Of a stretch of DNA of 64,000 nt, positions 36,373-47,963 are shown in pieces (within the stretch, counting starts at the first letter, position 1; every line of letters begins with the position of its first letter). The DNA lies in IMG/VR virus record IMGVR_UViG_3300046616_000188, one strand, 5' to 3'. A program made the position numbers and the translations under genes. Below the pieces are notes generated by a model, which saw only the letters and a list, made by a program, of their open reading frames with translations, was not told the DNA's origin and did no database searches. The stretch is from a virus.

Positions 36373-37742
36373 TCTCAGTAACCTTTACATTATTTAAAAA
36401 TTTGGAAAACATCTCGGTACGAATTTGATCCAAAGGTTTAAAGTTCAAATGATTATAACTAGCAAAAGGATTTTTACCAATCTCCGCAAGGCTGAGATAG
36501 ATATGACCCATATGCACCCCACCAGTACCCGGATTGATCGCATTAATGGTGTAGATTTTATTTATTACCGGAACGTCAGCACCAGTCTTCCTAGCTATAT
36601 CATATGTCTCTTCGTCAAAATGTTTGACATATACCACTTTCTGACCCACCACAAATTTACAATCCATGACACTTAATCCTCTATCTTAACCGTGACAGCT
36701 TTTTCTGTAGCGCTGTAGAACCTAATCCCGCCGATATCAATCAGGCCATCGATCAGATTATCAACGACTGTAACAGCCATTTCCCTCGTGTCACAAACTT
36801 CGTGACACATCGCGCCGCTGCTTTCACGCCACGTAACGATGTAAACCATACTACTTCCGCCTCCCGTCAAAACCCATTTCCTGAGCCCAACGAACCACGA
36901 CGTAATGAAATCCGCGATGCAGGCTGTCAACAGCTGGTTGCATATTAGCCTTCTCCTTATCAGAGAGGTCGCGCCACGCATCATCGAAGTGCCTCGACGG
37001 GTCACAAACGTTTTGGTTCCGAAGATTGTGAAGGTCCAACTTGTCAAGCAGGGATTGGTACTCAGCCTCAGTGATTACGTATTGTCTCGCCATTACATTA
37101 CTTCTCCCAATACGGCTTCAGCAGATTACCGGCACTATCCAGAACGTCACGAAGATCATAGAGCTTGTCAATAATCGGCTGAGCCTCTTCTTTCATCCTA
37201 ATTTCGAGTCGGCGCTGCACCTCGGCCTCAATGTCTTTATAATTTTCTCTGATCTCACTCTCAAGACTTTTATAAACATCCTGAAAATAATTTTCAACAA
37301 TGTCGAACCGAAGCTCTACCCCGTTAACAGTCACTTTAGCAGTGAGGCTTTTGTTATTTACCCAATCAGGAGTATTGCCGATAGCTTCAGCCGCGTCATT
37401 GTCACACAGCATCCAATGGTTAATGATCTTATCCCGATCATCAAGGCTAAATTTAAGCTCTTTCGCCATGTTACTTCTCTCCCGTACTGTACGATGTTTC
37501 ATTGAAGAACTTTGTACAACCTAAATCACTTAGTGTCAATCACTATCTGTTTCGATCCAATGCGTAGCCTCGCCATAAATCGAATTCATCGTTTCGCATT
37601 GCTTCTCGGCCCACGCCTCCCGATCCACAGTGGCATGAAATTCATAGTTGACGATTTCCTGCCTCCCTGACGGGAGAGTATATCGCCCCGCCATCACAGG
37701 AATATCGCCCCAGCACAGATAATATTTGATGTTGAAGTTCAA
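36359..37742 (-). other. Small hypothetical genes (36359-36667, 36851-37093, 37098-37469, 37536-37742)
   Basis: Co-oriented ORFs. Confidence 0.6.
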
Positions 37743-38143
37743 TGTTTCATCCCCGCTTCTAACTCATCCGCCAGCGGTTGGAGCACTTTGTCCCAAATCT
37801 CTTCACCAATCTTATTGGCGATATAATCCGACACAACGTCATGGCCATCATTGCCATAGATCATGCGGAACCAGCACACATATTGATTCTTATCGTTCAT
37901 GACATAGACCACATCTTCATCCGTGCTAAACATCGCGGCGAGGATAGCTACCTTATCACCAGAGTTATCGATGGCAAGCGCTCCACCATCATCGATGGTA
38001 ACGAGATAGCCGCGATCCAAAATTGCTTGGATCAGCGCGTCAGCCATTTTGCCTTCGACCCGGATACGCTCAGCCGTACCATTATCGCCACGTTTCGTTG
38101 CTTCGCGTGCCGCTTTGTTGAATGGGTTAACTGACTTAGCCAT
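37739..38143 (-). CDS. Hypothetical phage protein
   Basis: GY.VTIDDG...MFSTDED...IYGNDG.DVVSDY motif. Confidence 0.7.
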   Translation of the reverse strand: MAKSVNPFNKAAREATKRGDNGTAERIRVEGKMADALIQAILDRGYLVTIDDGGALAIDNSGDKVAILAAMFSTDEDVVYVMNDKNQYVCWFRMIYGNDGHDVVSDYIANKIGEEIWDKVLQPLADELEAGMKH

Positions 38144-38175
38144 GTCGTTCTCCTTTTAATCAGTGACTATATCTT

Positions 38176-38204
38176 TTCTTACATCTGTTTCAAGACAATG
38201 TCAA
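38176..38204 (-). promoter_or_regulatory. GATG-TAAGAA class promoter
   Basis: TTGACA-N13-GATG-TAAGAA. Confidence 0.75.
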
Positions 38205-40821
38205 GCCCCACTCCTATCCATTTCTTTCCACCAAAGCGGATAGCCATTATATTCACTCATATCGATTTCAAGAAGATCGATGTACCACGAATAACTGGAC
38301 GAACTGCCAGTGACGCGGCCAAAATCTCTGGTTGAATATCGATTCACGCCCATTTGATCCTCGATAGTCTCATAGATAGTGCCTTCGTTATGAATTTGAA
38401 TTATTGTAACCATGGTCCCGTTAAGGAGTTTATAGCTCTGACCCAACTTGAACGGAGAGGGTAAGAGACAGGCAGAAAGAAAATTACGAAGATCGCTCCT
38501 CGCCTTCTTCACCGTGGCGTGGTTATGATCGAAAAGAGTGTGAAGCTTGACCAAATCATTACTCAATTCAGCAAATCTCGACTTCTGTTCCTCAATGTTT
38601 AGCACGTTGTTCTCCTTATTGTTAGGAACTATGTTTAACAATTCATATCGACTTGAGCCATTTCGGTCATCACTTCGTCCCAGCTTAGAACCGTGTCAAC
38701 GTTCCAGCCCCGAACCACAAAGCCATTGCTAGGCCCAAGTTCAGCGAGCCGCTTCACGTCTTCTTCTGACTTGACCGCGAAGGTAAGTAAATTGGGATAG
38801 CCATCATACATGATTCGAACGGCGTAGAATTTGTCAGTCATTTTACTTTTCCCTTCCAATGTTTGGATGATCCGCGAGCCATTGTGTCCAATGCTCAGGC
38901 TTTTCACTGCTGCGATCCGTGACACGATGGCCCGCCGATTCGTAGGCCCGGTTATAGCCCTTGCTATAGAGCCACGGCTTGCGACGGTTGTAACACGCAT
39001 CGGCGCACATGTCGCACTGCTTGTGATACGCGGAGCGAGGATTGTTATTGGCATAGGCGCTGAGCCAAACCATCTGCTCCGTCTCTTCCACCAATTCATT
39101 GTCCGTCATGGCTTTCAGCTTCGTGGCGTATTCGTTAAAATCGGTCATATCAACCCTCCTTAAAATCACTTGAGGACTTATTCTTACATCCACACCATTT
39201 CGAAGTCAAGCATCAAGTGTCACAAATTCTTTCCGAAACTCCGACACGTCCCACTTTTGAAGCGGCTTGAACCTAGAAATACGAAACGCCTGTTCCGATT
39301 CACCCATAACTCTGTATATAATAAGTGGGTTAGTGATTTCCATCAATTTTATACAAGCATGCCAGCCTAGCTCGCCGGTGTACCATTCAAGAATTTCTCT
39401 TACGGTATAGACAATCCCCCTGACGGGGAAGACCACTCCTCTATCCGCAGTCACCAAGGCTCTGCCGCTGTCCCAACCAGAATCATTTATAAGTTTAACG
39501 TGTTGACCTATTTGCATCAGTCATAACCTCCTGTCAAGGGATAATAATTTCATCCCTAAGCTCTTCATAGGCCTTTAACGCAGCTTTATAGAGTCGTTCA
39601 CGTTCAGGCCGTGCCGGTGCATCTGTGTCGCACCAAGCCAAGTCATACAAAGTATCATCTACCTCTGACGCGGCTTGATCCAGCCTCTTAATTTTTTCTA
39701 TCAACCCACCTAAAGTGATCATGTCAGTTCTCCTTAACAGGACGTGGAATAATACCCTTTTGGATCAATTTGTTCCACGCCATACGTTCATAGACATAGC
39801 CGATGACGAAGCCGATACTGAACGTGGCGATGAAGAAAATAGTGACAAAAAGAATTTCCACGTCACAACCCCCACTTTTCCATGACACCAATCATTTAAA
39901 TCTCCAATTTCCCCATTGAACTTAAAGAGAAGGCCCACGCCGTAGGTCCCTCCCGCATCTCTTTAAACATTTCCGCCGCGATTCTGTCAATATTATCCGG
40001 TGTCAATGTTTCACCACAATGACAAATAAGGATGTGACGAATCGTAAATTCTTGTGTCGCGGCGCGGTTATTCTGATCAGCCATTAATTATCCTCCTCGA
40101 TATTATTTTTATCAAACTTAGGATCGGGACGACGGCCCGGTGCGAATCGTGGATGTGTCACATAATCCGAAACCGGGCCGAAATAGTATTGAGGCACGGC
40201 GTTGTTATAATAGACACGGCTGAGCCAGAAACCCATATAGCGAGTCCCAAGCACCAAACCTTTCCGCCGAAGCCTTTTGCAACTTTTGCAATTGCAGAAC
40301 CTACCACTCATCAGAAGTTCTCCTACAAATCAATCATAATCGTCATAGTCATCGTCAATATCACTAAACATTTCTGTGAATCTGGCGTGCCACTCCCTAA
40401 CGCTCTGGATATAGCGCTCATCATTCTTCAACTCATCGCTGTAACGCATCGCGATCATCTTGTTAGTGAAAGCGTAATGGCACGCATCGGCTGAGCTTTC
40501 GATGTTATAACTCCCAAGAAGCTCACCCTCTGCATTTTTGCGCCCCGGTCCCGTTCCATCATATTCACTGATAGTATTCGTGACGCAATAAAACTCAGGA
40601 CCGGAACACAGCACGGCGTAGTCGCGGCGAAGAACTTTTGGCTCGCGCAACACGGATTTCGAAGTGATAAGGAAAGAGGAAAGATAACCACTCTGTGTCA
40701 CGGTCCAGATACGAACCGGTTCCATCTTAGCCTCTTCGATGAGATGGATAATTTCGGCCCGATACTTGATTGAACCGGCAGGTGCGGGAGCATCGCTACG
40801 GTCGGCGCGGTACTGAGTCAT
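38201..40821 (-). other. Small hypothetical genes (38201-38641, 38635-38841, 38843-39148, 39206-39517, 39534-39722, 39896-40084, 40084-40311, 40330-40821)
   Basis: Co-oriented ORFs with SDs. Confidence 0.6.
39181..39209 (-). promoter_or_regulatory. GATG-TAAGAA class promoter
   Basis: TTGACT-N13-GATG-TAAGAA. Confidence 0.75.
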
Positions 40822-40857
40822 TTTAAATCTCCTTAATCAGTTGATCTTATGAGTATT

Positions 40858-40886
40858 TTATTACATCTAAAATTGTCACGTGTCAA
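40858..40886 (-). promoter_or_regulatory. GATG-TAATAA class promoter
   Basis: TTGACA-N13-GATG-TAATAA. Confidence 0.75.
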
Positions 40887-41664
40887 TCACTTGTTTCAGA
40901 ATTTAAATCACGGCCCTGAACATAAGCCTCTATAGCTGCATCAACCGCTTTTCTAAGCGCTAAGGCAGAATACCTATAATCAGCTGGAACAGCTGCTTCA
41001 TAAGCTGCTACGGCGGTGTCATGCACCCTCTGGTTACTCTACCGGATCGTTAATTACTCTCTCACTCATTAATTTTCCTCCTAGGTCACGACTCAGAATT
41101 TAAATGATAAGCCCTATTGATCAACATCGAAAGCTGAAAAGCGCTTAGACCAAACATGTGAGCAATTTCAGCCTCAGTTCTACCGAGACGGAGCGCCGCT
41201 CTAAAACCTTTCATCCTCGCGTCAAGAAAGTCGGACCACCACGTCATTGATTCTGCTTCTTCACGAGTCATTCTGACACCTCTGCCGTTACGTCTTGACC
41301 AATAACGATATCGCCATAACCGTAGATTGCGCTGGTATGAAGTGTGACCTTCTTCATCATAGGATATCTTTCAACCAGTGAAGCAAGGATCACCTCTTTG
41401 ATTTCCTGAGCCGTTAGTTCAATTTTTAAACGAGCCATTACTGCGCATCCCTCACTTCAACAACGGCGTGCTTGATTTGGACCGCAATCCCTTTGGTCCA
41501 ATCCACCGTAGCACTAGTGTTACACACTAAGCAAATGACATAAATGAAAATTCCGAATCCTAAAACATTTCTAATCATATAAAACTCCTTAAATTATCAC
41601 GAGCCAAAGGACGTAAAGAAAAATCCCTAGTGCTAAAACGCTTCCAAGCATAACAATCCCTTCT

Positions 41665-42141
41665 CTAATATTGATACCAGATCATACCATAATCAATGAC
41701 ATAATCAATCCAGAATTGCTCCATCAGCGGCAAAATCTTGGCCGTTTTCGTCTCGAATTCACTTAGAGCTAGGTCCTTAACCGTTAAAATTTCGGTAAAA
41801 GTGATTATGTCACAACGTTCACCTATTTTCAAGGCGTAATTTGAATGATAATTCGGGAGAAGCAGCTGCTCGGAGTGATGCTCAGGACTGAAAAGAGTAT
41901 CTTCAAGGTCGTAGTTTTTCGTCTCAGAGAGAATGTGCCACAAGATATGCTGAGCCGATTCGATATTTTTTGTCACAGTATCAGGAATTTCCGACACAGT
42001 GCCGCCGCATGTCTCACAATATTTCCCGAGTCGAGACGTATCGCAACGGGCGCAGATTCGCCTAACCCCCTTTTCTGTCACGGTGAGCGGGCCGGTGAGA
42101 CGGAGATAAGGACCGATATAGGTATAAGTGCTATGGCCCAT
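41665..42141 (-). CDS. Zn-ribbon-containing hypothetical protein
   Basis: CARC...KYCETCG. Confidence 0.65.
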   Translation of the reverse strand: MGHSTYTYIGPYLRLTGPLTVTEKGVRRICARCDTSRLGKYCETCGGTVSEIPDTVTKNIESAQHILWHILSETKNYDLEDTLFSPEHHSEQLLLPNYHSNYALKIGERCDIITFTEILTVKDLALSEFETKTAKILPLMEQFWIDYVIDYGMIWYQY

Positions 42142-42142
42142 C

Positions 42143-43668
42143 TCAATACTCCTCCACTTCAATCTCAATCGCTGGCTGATGAGCATTGAATCTTGCCACC
42201 AACCTCCAATCATCTTCATCAACATTTTCGAATAGTGTGAAGTATGAATATGTTCCGAACAAGGCTCTAACAATTTCTAGAGCTTTAGTTCTGGCTTGGT
42301 CCACATCTGAAGCGTTACAGACAACGTCAAGAACCGGCTTAGTGATGTTGCCTTGGGCACGCAAAATGAATTCTTTCATACCTACTCTCATGTCAAATCT
42401 CCTTTGATTTAAGAACAACCCTGTATTGCTTCAACCAGCCATTATCGTTACGCATCTCATTGATTGTAACAATCCTATCTCCATATAGAGCGAAAAGGGT
42501 GTCACAGTCTTGATAGCTAGTATCGGTATAATCGAAATAGAGGATTTCACCGTCTACCGGCGTTTCCAAATTGTCGCTCAGTGTGCGTGCCACGTCACGA
42601 GCAATGGCGGCGATATGATCCACATCAAATGCATCATTATCTTTCCATGCCCGTAGAATCCGGTACACATCGGCAGGATTGACCACGGCATGTTTCATCT
42701 CGCCCCAGCGAGACAGATTGCGATTTGGTGCTACTGGTTCCATATCTTTACAGTCACAGAGTTTTATTGGTGAGTGTGAGAAATTACATCCCGGTTTGTG
42801 GTAGCTGTTCGCCATTTCAATCCCTCCTTACCACTGCGCCGTCGATTTGGCGGAAATATGTATTTTGAACCGGAACCCAATCTTCAGGATTATTAAAGGG
42901 CCATGAAGAGTGTAGCGTAACTTCGCTAATCATCATGCGTCGGTCGTACATATCTGTAAATGTTGCAGAGATATACTTCTCAGCCGCCTCAAAATTATCG
43001 AAATAACCATGGGCACCGGGAAGCATGACGTAACCATACTGATCCACTTCACACACTGCGAAAATTCTCTGAGACATATTAACCTCCTTCAAAACCTCTT
43101 TTGATGACTTATTATTACATCAGCATTGTGCCAGTGTCAATGCTTTAAATAATCTTGATACACCTCTGGAAAAACTGGCCAAGATTCTTCTAACGCATTG
43201 ATTTTACGAGTCAAATATTCAAGGATGATGCGTTTTTCAGAGTTGGCGACATGAGGTTTTCCAAATTCATTAAATTTAAACAGCCGCCTCAGTCGAATAT
43301 ATTCTCTAAAATTTGAATGCATTTCTTCTATTCCGACAGGCCCGAAATACTCCCGCACCGGTTCCGGTTCACGTTCGAAATTTTTAAATTTGGACCAATC
43401 AATCATGCTCTACGTCCCTCGTATGTTTAAAATAAAACATGACCCATTTATGCCGGTCCCATGGATCACCGTCATAATCTCCCGTCACATATCCGCACCG
43501 GCTATGCCTGACATAGACTTGATCGGTGATAATATTGTAACCGGTAGGGGCGTATCCCATACCAGTATCAGCGATGTACAAAAACTTAAAATTCTTTTTG
43601 AATCTGTACCAGAACAGGATTCTTTCTATCATGTCAACCCAAGCCTCTTTCCCATTCTCTTTTTCCAC
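42143..43668 (-). other. Small hypothetical genes (42143-42391, 42393-42815, 42817-43077, 43137-43406, about 43399-43630)
   Basis: Co-oriented ORFs. Confidence 0.6.
43112..43140 (-). promoter_or_regulatory. GATG-TAATAA class promoter
   Basis: TTGACA-N13-GATG-TAATAA. Confidence 0.75.
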
Positions 43669-44030
43669 GCCAGATAGACCTCGCGGCCCCTTTGAGTCAC
43701 TGTGATACGAGTCCTATTGATGGTAGGGTTTCCGCCATGAACATTATTATGACTCTGATACCTTGACAGTGTAACTTCACCATCTCTGATCATTTTCTTA
43801 ACAACGGTGTCGAGTCCGAAACCGCCTTCGCAGTTCAATGCAGCCTGCCCCGTTCCGCCACGCCTCGTGCCACGATACGAAGACCATGACGGGTAGTCGT
43901 CAAAGCCTTCGATCATGAACATTAGCATGTACATCCGCTTCGGCACGAGAGTTCTGATCCTGCTCCACCGGTTCAGAAATTCATCATATTGATTCGGCTT
44001 CGTTGTTATGACTTTTCTGAAATAGACCAT
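43629..44030 (-). CDS. Putative winged-helix protein
   Basis: VVKKMIRDGEV...RTRITVTQRGRE wing motif. Confidence 0.45.
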   Translation of the reverse strand: MVYFRKVITTKPNQYDEFLNRWSRIRTLVPKRMYMLMFMIEGFDDYPSWSSYRGTRRGGTGQAALNCEGGFGLDTVVKKMIRDGEVTLSRYQSHNNVHGGNPTINRTRITVTQRGREVYLAWKKRMGKRLGLT

Positions 44031-44291
44031 ATCAATCCCTTTCAAAAGCTTGGCGAAACTCATTCCTTACACTAATGAGTGTGTCTACCTCTTCCATCGT
44101 GAAGCGAACGATGAGAACTTTGTGAGAAGGAGTATCCTCATCATCAGACGGAACAGGTATCGTAACGCTGAAGTGCTGATTCCTAGGCAGTCCCGGCACG
44201 GCATAATCACCCATGCCAAAGCTAGGATCGCCAAGTGCCAACATCTTTTTCGAACCTGTCTTATGTATCACAGCCATTTCGTTTCTCCTTT

Positions 44292-44909
44292 TTAACAGAA
44301 TTTATAAATTCCTTGATGCAGTTCCATTAACTCATCCAGCATATTTCGCCGCGCCTGTCGCTCCCATACCGGATGGTTCCAATAAATCTGAGGTGCATCG
44401 AGCATCCCTTTGAGGAACTTGGTCCGACCCTCAACGAATTGATCCAGTGACACAAAAGGTTTATATTCTTCCCAAATCTTCTTCCCATTATCTCGATAAT
44501 TTAAACCGGCAAGGCCGGATAAGTCATAGTCAAGGAAATTTTTGGCCCAATGGGGAAGGGCGTCGTTAGACATGGCACAATGATTCTTTGACGCCTTGAT
44601 AGCTTCAAATATATGTTCTTCGGCAGGACTGTGATAACCGTCACCGCCAACGCTCTGACTCCAATACACGTCAGCGCTTAGCTCTTCGTTATACCGACAA
44701 ACGGGGTAGTACACAATGTCGTGGAACAGGATCGCCGTCATAATCGGATCGGTGATCCCATAACCATGATGCATCGCTATAGCGATCAAGTCTTCGATAT
44801 GATCAATGTTGTGATACTTGCGATGCGGCTCGCTATAAAGATCGATGATCATATCGATGCAATGAGAGAAACCATTCTGTTCCGCGATTTTCTTGATTAG
44901 TTCTGACAT
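44292..44909 (-). CDS. HD-superfamily phosphohydrolase
   Basis: Y.EPHRKYHN..HI...AILFHDIVY...NEE.SA...FLDYDL. Confidence 0.85.
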   Translation of the reverse strand: MSELIKKIAEQNGFSHCIDMIIDLYSEPHRKYHNIDHIEDLIAIAMHHGYGITDPIMTAILFHDIVYYPVCRYNEELSADVYWSQSVGGDGYHSPAEEHIFEAIKASKNHCAMSNDALPHWAKNFLDYDLSGLAGLNYRDNGKKIWEEYKPFVSLDQFVEGRTKFLKGMLDAPQIYWNHPVWERQARRNMLDELMELHQGIYKFC

Positions 44910-45195
44910 TCACTGACTCCTCAAATATTTGACCATAGCATCGATCAGTTCATTCTCTTCCGGCGTATTGCTGACATTCTTGCAATCTTGTTCCAATCGA
45001 TCAGCAACGATATAGACATTTTCGCTACTATACATACTCCCTAGGGCGAAGAACCGCGTGGCGCAGTCGTAGAGCACAGCGCTTTCGAACGTGATAGGAT
45101 AATTCATTTTGAAACCCTTCTCCCTCCTTATAATTTCTTTTTACTTTTTATTACATCGTGATCAATGTGTCAAGTGATTTTAGCACGCAGCCTTA

Positions 45196-45522
45196 TCATG
45201 CCGCAGGATTATGGTTGAGCCTTATCATGCACCAAGGATATTCTCGATTAACAACGACATAGCCTCGACGTTCCAGATAAGGCACAAGCCTATTGTTAAA
45301 AATGTTCTCGACATAGAAAATGTGATCCGGTTCGTACCGATCCAAAAATTTAGTCAATGCGCCGCGCCCCGGAACATCAGCCGTTATGTTAGCCAGATCG
45401 ATGGTGTCGCAATTTTCTATCCGCCACGTCTTCCTGACATAGATATGCAGTCCCGGTTCTTCGATCCAGTAATTAGGCCAAGGACTGGCTAGGAATTTTT
45501 CAAACGATAGTTGTCCCATCAC
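45196..45522 (-). CDS. Possible GNAT-fold protein
   Basis: LANI.ADVPGRGALTKFL...YVENIFN...YL.RRGY. Confidence 0.45.
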   Translation of the reverse strand: MMGQLSFEKFLASPWPNYWIEEPGLHIYVRKTWRIENCDTIDLANITADVPGRGALTKFLDRYEPDHIFYVENIFNNRLVPYLERRGYVVVNREYPWCMIRLNHNPAA

Positions 45523-45809
45523 CCTCCTCCCTTCTTCCTAACAACACGTACCGGCTTCAACTCGAAACCCAACATCCTATAAGCCATCTGCATCGTCACG
45601 CCTTGCGGTCTCCTAGTCTTACCGTCAATGATATGTTTAATCGTGGCTGGTGCCAGCCCTGAACTATTCGCCTTGGCGTGATACGTGCGTTTATCCATGA
45701 CAAGCGCGGCGCGCAACTCGGAAAGCAGTGGATCAACATCAGGCCTCTTGGGCCGATCCTTGGACCAGAGCACTCTTTTGATTTTGCGGGGTTTGTTAGC
45801 CATGTCCAT
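45519..45809 (-). CDS. Cro/XRE-type HTH protein
   Basis: AKANSSGLAPATIKHIIDGKTRRP...LG. Confidence 0.7.
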   Translation of the reverse strand: MDMANKPRKIKRVLWSKDRPKRPDVDPLLSELRAALVMDKRTYHAKANSSGLAPATIKHIIDGKTRRPQGVTMQMAYRMLGFELKPVRVVRKKGGG

Positions 45810-45810
45810 A

Positions 45811-46188
45811 TCACCTGTCTCCGACTTGGTGGCCCAATACGATAACGACGTTTTGCAGCGAATCTATCTTGGTATGAGCGTCTTCCAACTTGGCCAGCAG
45901 TTCGTCCCTGACCGAGAGGAGGGCCAAGACCTCAGCCCTAGCATCCCCTAGTTCGTCTCGGACCAATGCTTTACCATTAGCGATATGAGGAGTGACGGTA
46001 TCGCCCCCGCCCCTCTTGGCCCTAGGCCTTGCCCCGCCAAATTTGTCGTGATACTGCTTCACCCAATATCCAATAGTGCTGGCTGGAAGGCCAAGTTGTT
46101 CCGCGTATTTCTCTTGACTCATGTCTGACTCGATCTGAGCCTTGGCATGTCTCATCCTCTCTTCAAAGGGTAGACTGGTTCGTGCCAT
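45811..46188 (-). CDS. HTH plus coiled-coil protein
   Basis: SQEKYAEQLGLPASTIGYWVKQY; C-terminal heptads. Confidence 0.7.
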   Translation of the reverse strand: MARTSLPFEERMRHAKAQIESDMSQEKYAEQLGLPASTIGYWVKQYHDKFGGARPRAKRGGGDTVTPHIANGKALVRDELGDARAEVLALLSVRDELLAKLEDAHTKIDSLQNVVIVLGHQVGDR

Positions 46189-46455
46189 ATTTCAAACTCC
46201 TAAGACTCTGGTTACGAGTCCTAGGAGTATAGCAAGACCAAGAGTTATGCAAGCCCCTGCTATTTCAGGTGATCCCTCAGACTGTTACTAGTGGTGTAGA
46301 ACAACAGAAACCCAATGGCGTAATCTATCCGCGACGTACCATGATTTGCATACGCGGCGATGTCACAGACGGCGAGGACGATCCACGAAACTATCATAGC
46401 CATGACAAATATAAAAACTTCTCTTAAAATAGTTTTTAGCACTTCAATTCCCCTC

Positions 46456-46659
46456 CTACTTCTTCTCCATCAGCCCTTCATCAAGAAAGTCATCATCGAT
46501 TTCTGCCCCGATATCGGTCAGCACATCAACCATTTCGAGAATCAGCAAGCGGCGAGCGTTGTGCTCTTCAGCGCTGAGACTGTCATCGTGAATCGATTCG
46601 CAGCAGTAGCGAAAATCGCTGAGCGTGTTGCGGAACTTACAATAAGACATGTTAGCCAT
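46456..46659 (-). CDS. Small acidic phage protein
   Basis: MANMSYCKFRNTLSD motif. Confidence 0.65.
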   Translation of the reverse strand: MANMSYCKFRNTLSDFRYCCESIHDDSLSAEEHNARRLLILEMVDVLTDIGAEIDDDFLDEGLMEKK

Positions 46660-46660
46660 G

Positions 46661-47047
46661 TTACTCTCCCTTCTCCCAAACCACTTCACCAGTTTCGATC
46701 AAGCGGTTCAGCGTGTCAATCGCTTCAGCCCTTGTAATATCCTTCCAAGATTTATGGCTTGGGTAAAAAAGATCATAGGAAAGCGTAGTATCGGTTACGA
46801 GCCCCATGAAAGCTCTTGCGACATCAAATCCACAAGGTTCTGGATCATTGCCGCTAAGATATGTGGCCCAACCGCTGATGCAGGCCGGGGTGCCACAATT
46901 TGGAACAGCGATAGTCCCGAACGCTTCTTCCCAAAGCTCCATATCTCCTCCGAAAGGCTTTGGATAAACATAATCCGTAACCATTGAGAAAAAATTCTCT
47001 TCATCCGCAATAGCAGCAATAACCTTTTTGATATTTTCGATGTTCAT
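46661..47047 (-). CDS. Hypothetical phage protein (CGT.ACI.GW motif)
   Basis: NCGTPACISGWA...LFY...W.DIT..EAI..L. Confidence 0.7.
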   Translation of the reverse strand: MNIENIKKVIAAIADEENFFSMVTDYVYPKPFGGDMELWEEAFGTIAVPNCGTPACISGWATYLSGNDPEPCGFDVARAFMGLVTDTTLSYDLFYPSHKSWKDITRAEAIDTLNRLIETGEVVWEKGE

Positions 47048-47078
47048 GTCATAACCTCCTTCAAAATTTCATAATCTT

Positions 47079-47107
47079 TTATTACATCAATGAAGACAAT
47101 GTGTCAA
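47079..47107 (-). promoter_or_regulatory. GATG-TAATAA class promoter
   Basis: TTGACA-N13-GATG-TAATAA. Confidence 0.75.
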
Positions 47108-47445
47108 TAATTATCTTCAAAATACTTAATACCCTTATCGGCGCGAATCGTGTCAAATTCGGCACGGCTTCCATGCGTAACACTGGCTAGGCCGCGCTGC
47201 GCCTCGGCCAGAACATCGAACCATTTATCATGCTGTGTCCCACCATAACTCAGAAGTAGCGCAACAGCGACTTGCATCTCAAGAGCTTTCTGGCGAATCT
47301 TTTCGCCTTCATCTGCGACAGTGGCGAGCCTGACCAACTCTTGCCGTGCCATGTCCTGACCTTCGCCAGTGCCGTTTTCTAGCGCGATAAGGATGAGAGG
47401 CATGACGCCTTTCCAAGTGATCTTGACATCGATAGGCTCGTTCAT
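47104..47445 (-). CDS. Hypothetical protein
   Basis: Start MNEPI, SD GAGGAG. Confidence 0.65.
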   Translation of the reverse strand: MNEPIDVKITWKGVMPLILIALENGTGEGQDMARQELVRLATVADEGEKIRQKALEMQVAVALLLSYGGTQHDKWFDVLAEAQRGLASVTHGSRAEFDTIRADKGIKYFEDNY

Positions 47446-47476
47446 TTGAAATCTCCTCTTAATTGAACTAAGTATT

Positions 47477-47505
47477 TTCTTACATCTACGCCAAGCCCTT
47501 GTCAA
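47477..47505 (-). promoter_or_regulatory. GATG-TAAGAA class promoter
   Basis: TTGACA-N13-GATG-TAAGAA. Confidence 0.75.
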
Positions 47506-47963
47506 GCGGGGGCGTTATTTCCCGCCCGCAGCTAGTCGTTCGTCCCATATATCGAACATGTGTTGAACATATTCCTGAGAAATGTTTGAACCATTCTCGG
47601 CAAAGACGTAATCCCCGGTATCGAAATCAACGGTACAGGAGATTACATTTTTGGAAAATGGTGATGTTACTTCGGCATAACCATCTTCCTCGGAATTGGC
47701 TTTGCAGATAAGATCGATGGCTTTAAAGTTCTTTACGTAACGCATCTTCGATTCTCCTCCTCATACTCGGATGAGCTATTATGCCATAACGTGTTTGGTA
47801 CATGCAAGGAACTTTTTTGAATTCAGAGCCAAATCGCTTAATTAACTTTTTATAAATTCTCTTGGACCTGTGACGACTTGTTGGGAAATTACGTACCTCT
47901 GTGTCTTCCATGGCGTGGTCAGAAAAAGTAATTTTCAGGCCATTGAATGTATTTGGATAGGTA

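Noticed and set aside
44292-44909. HD hydrolase as part of an NAD pathway with NadE
   Set aside because: It lies 14 kb away, and this HD family is common with no substrate evidence
45811-46188. IS3-family transposase orfA
   Set aside because: HTH resemblance only; no orfB/DDE domain or terminal IRs
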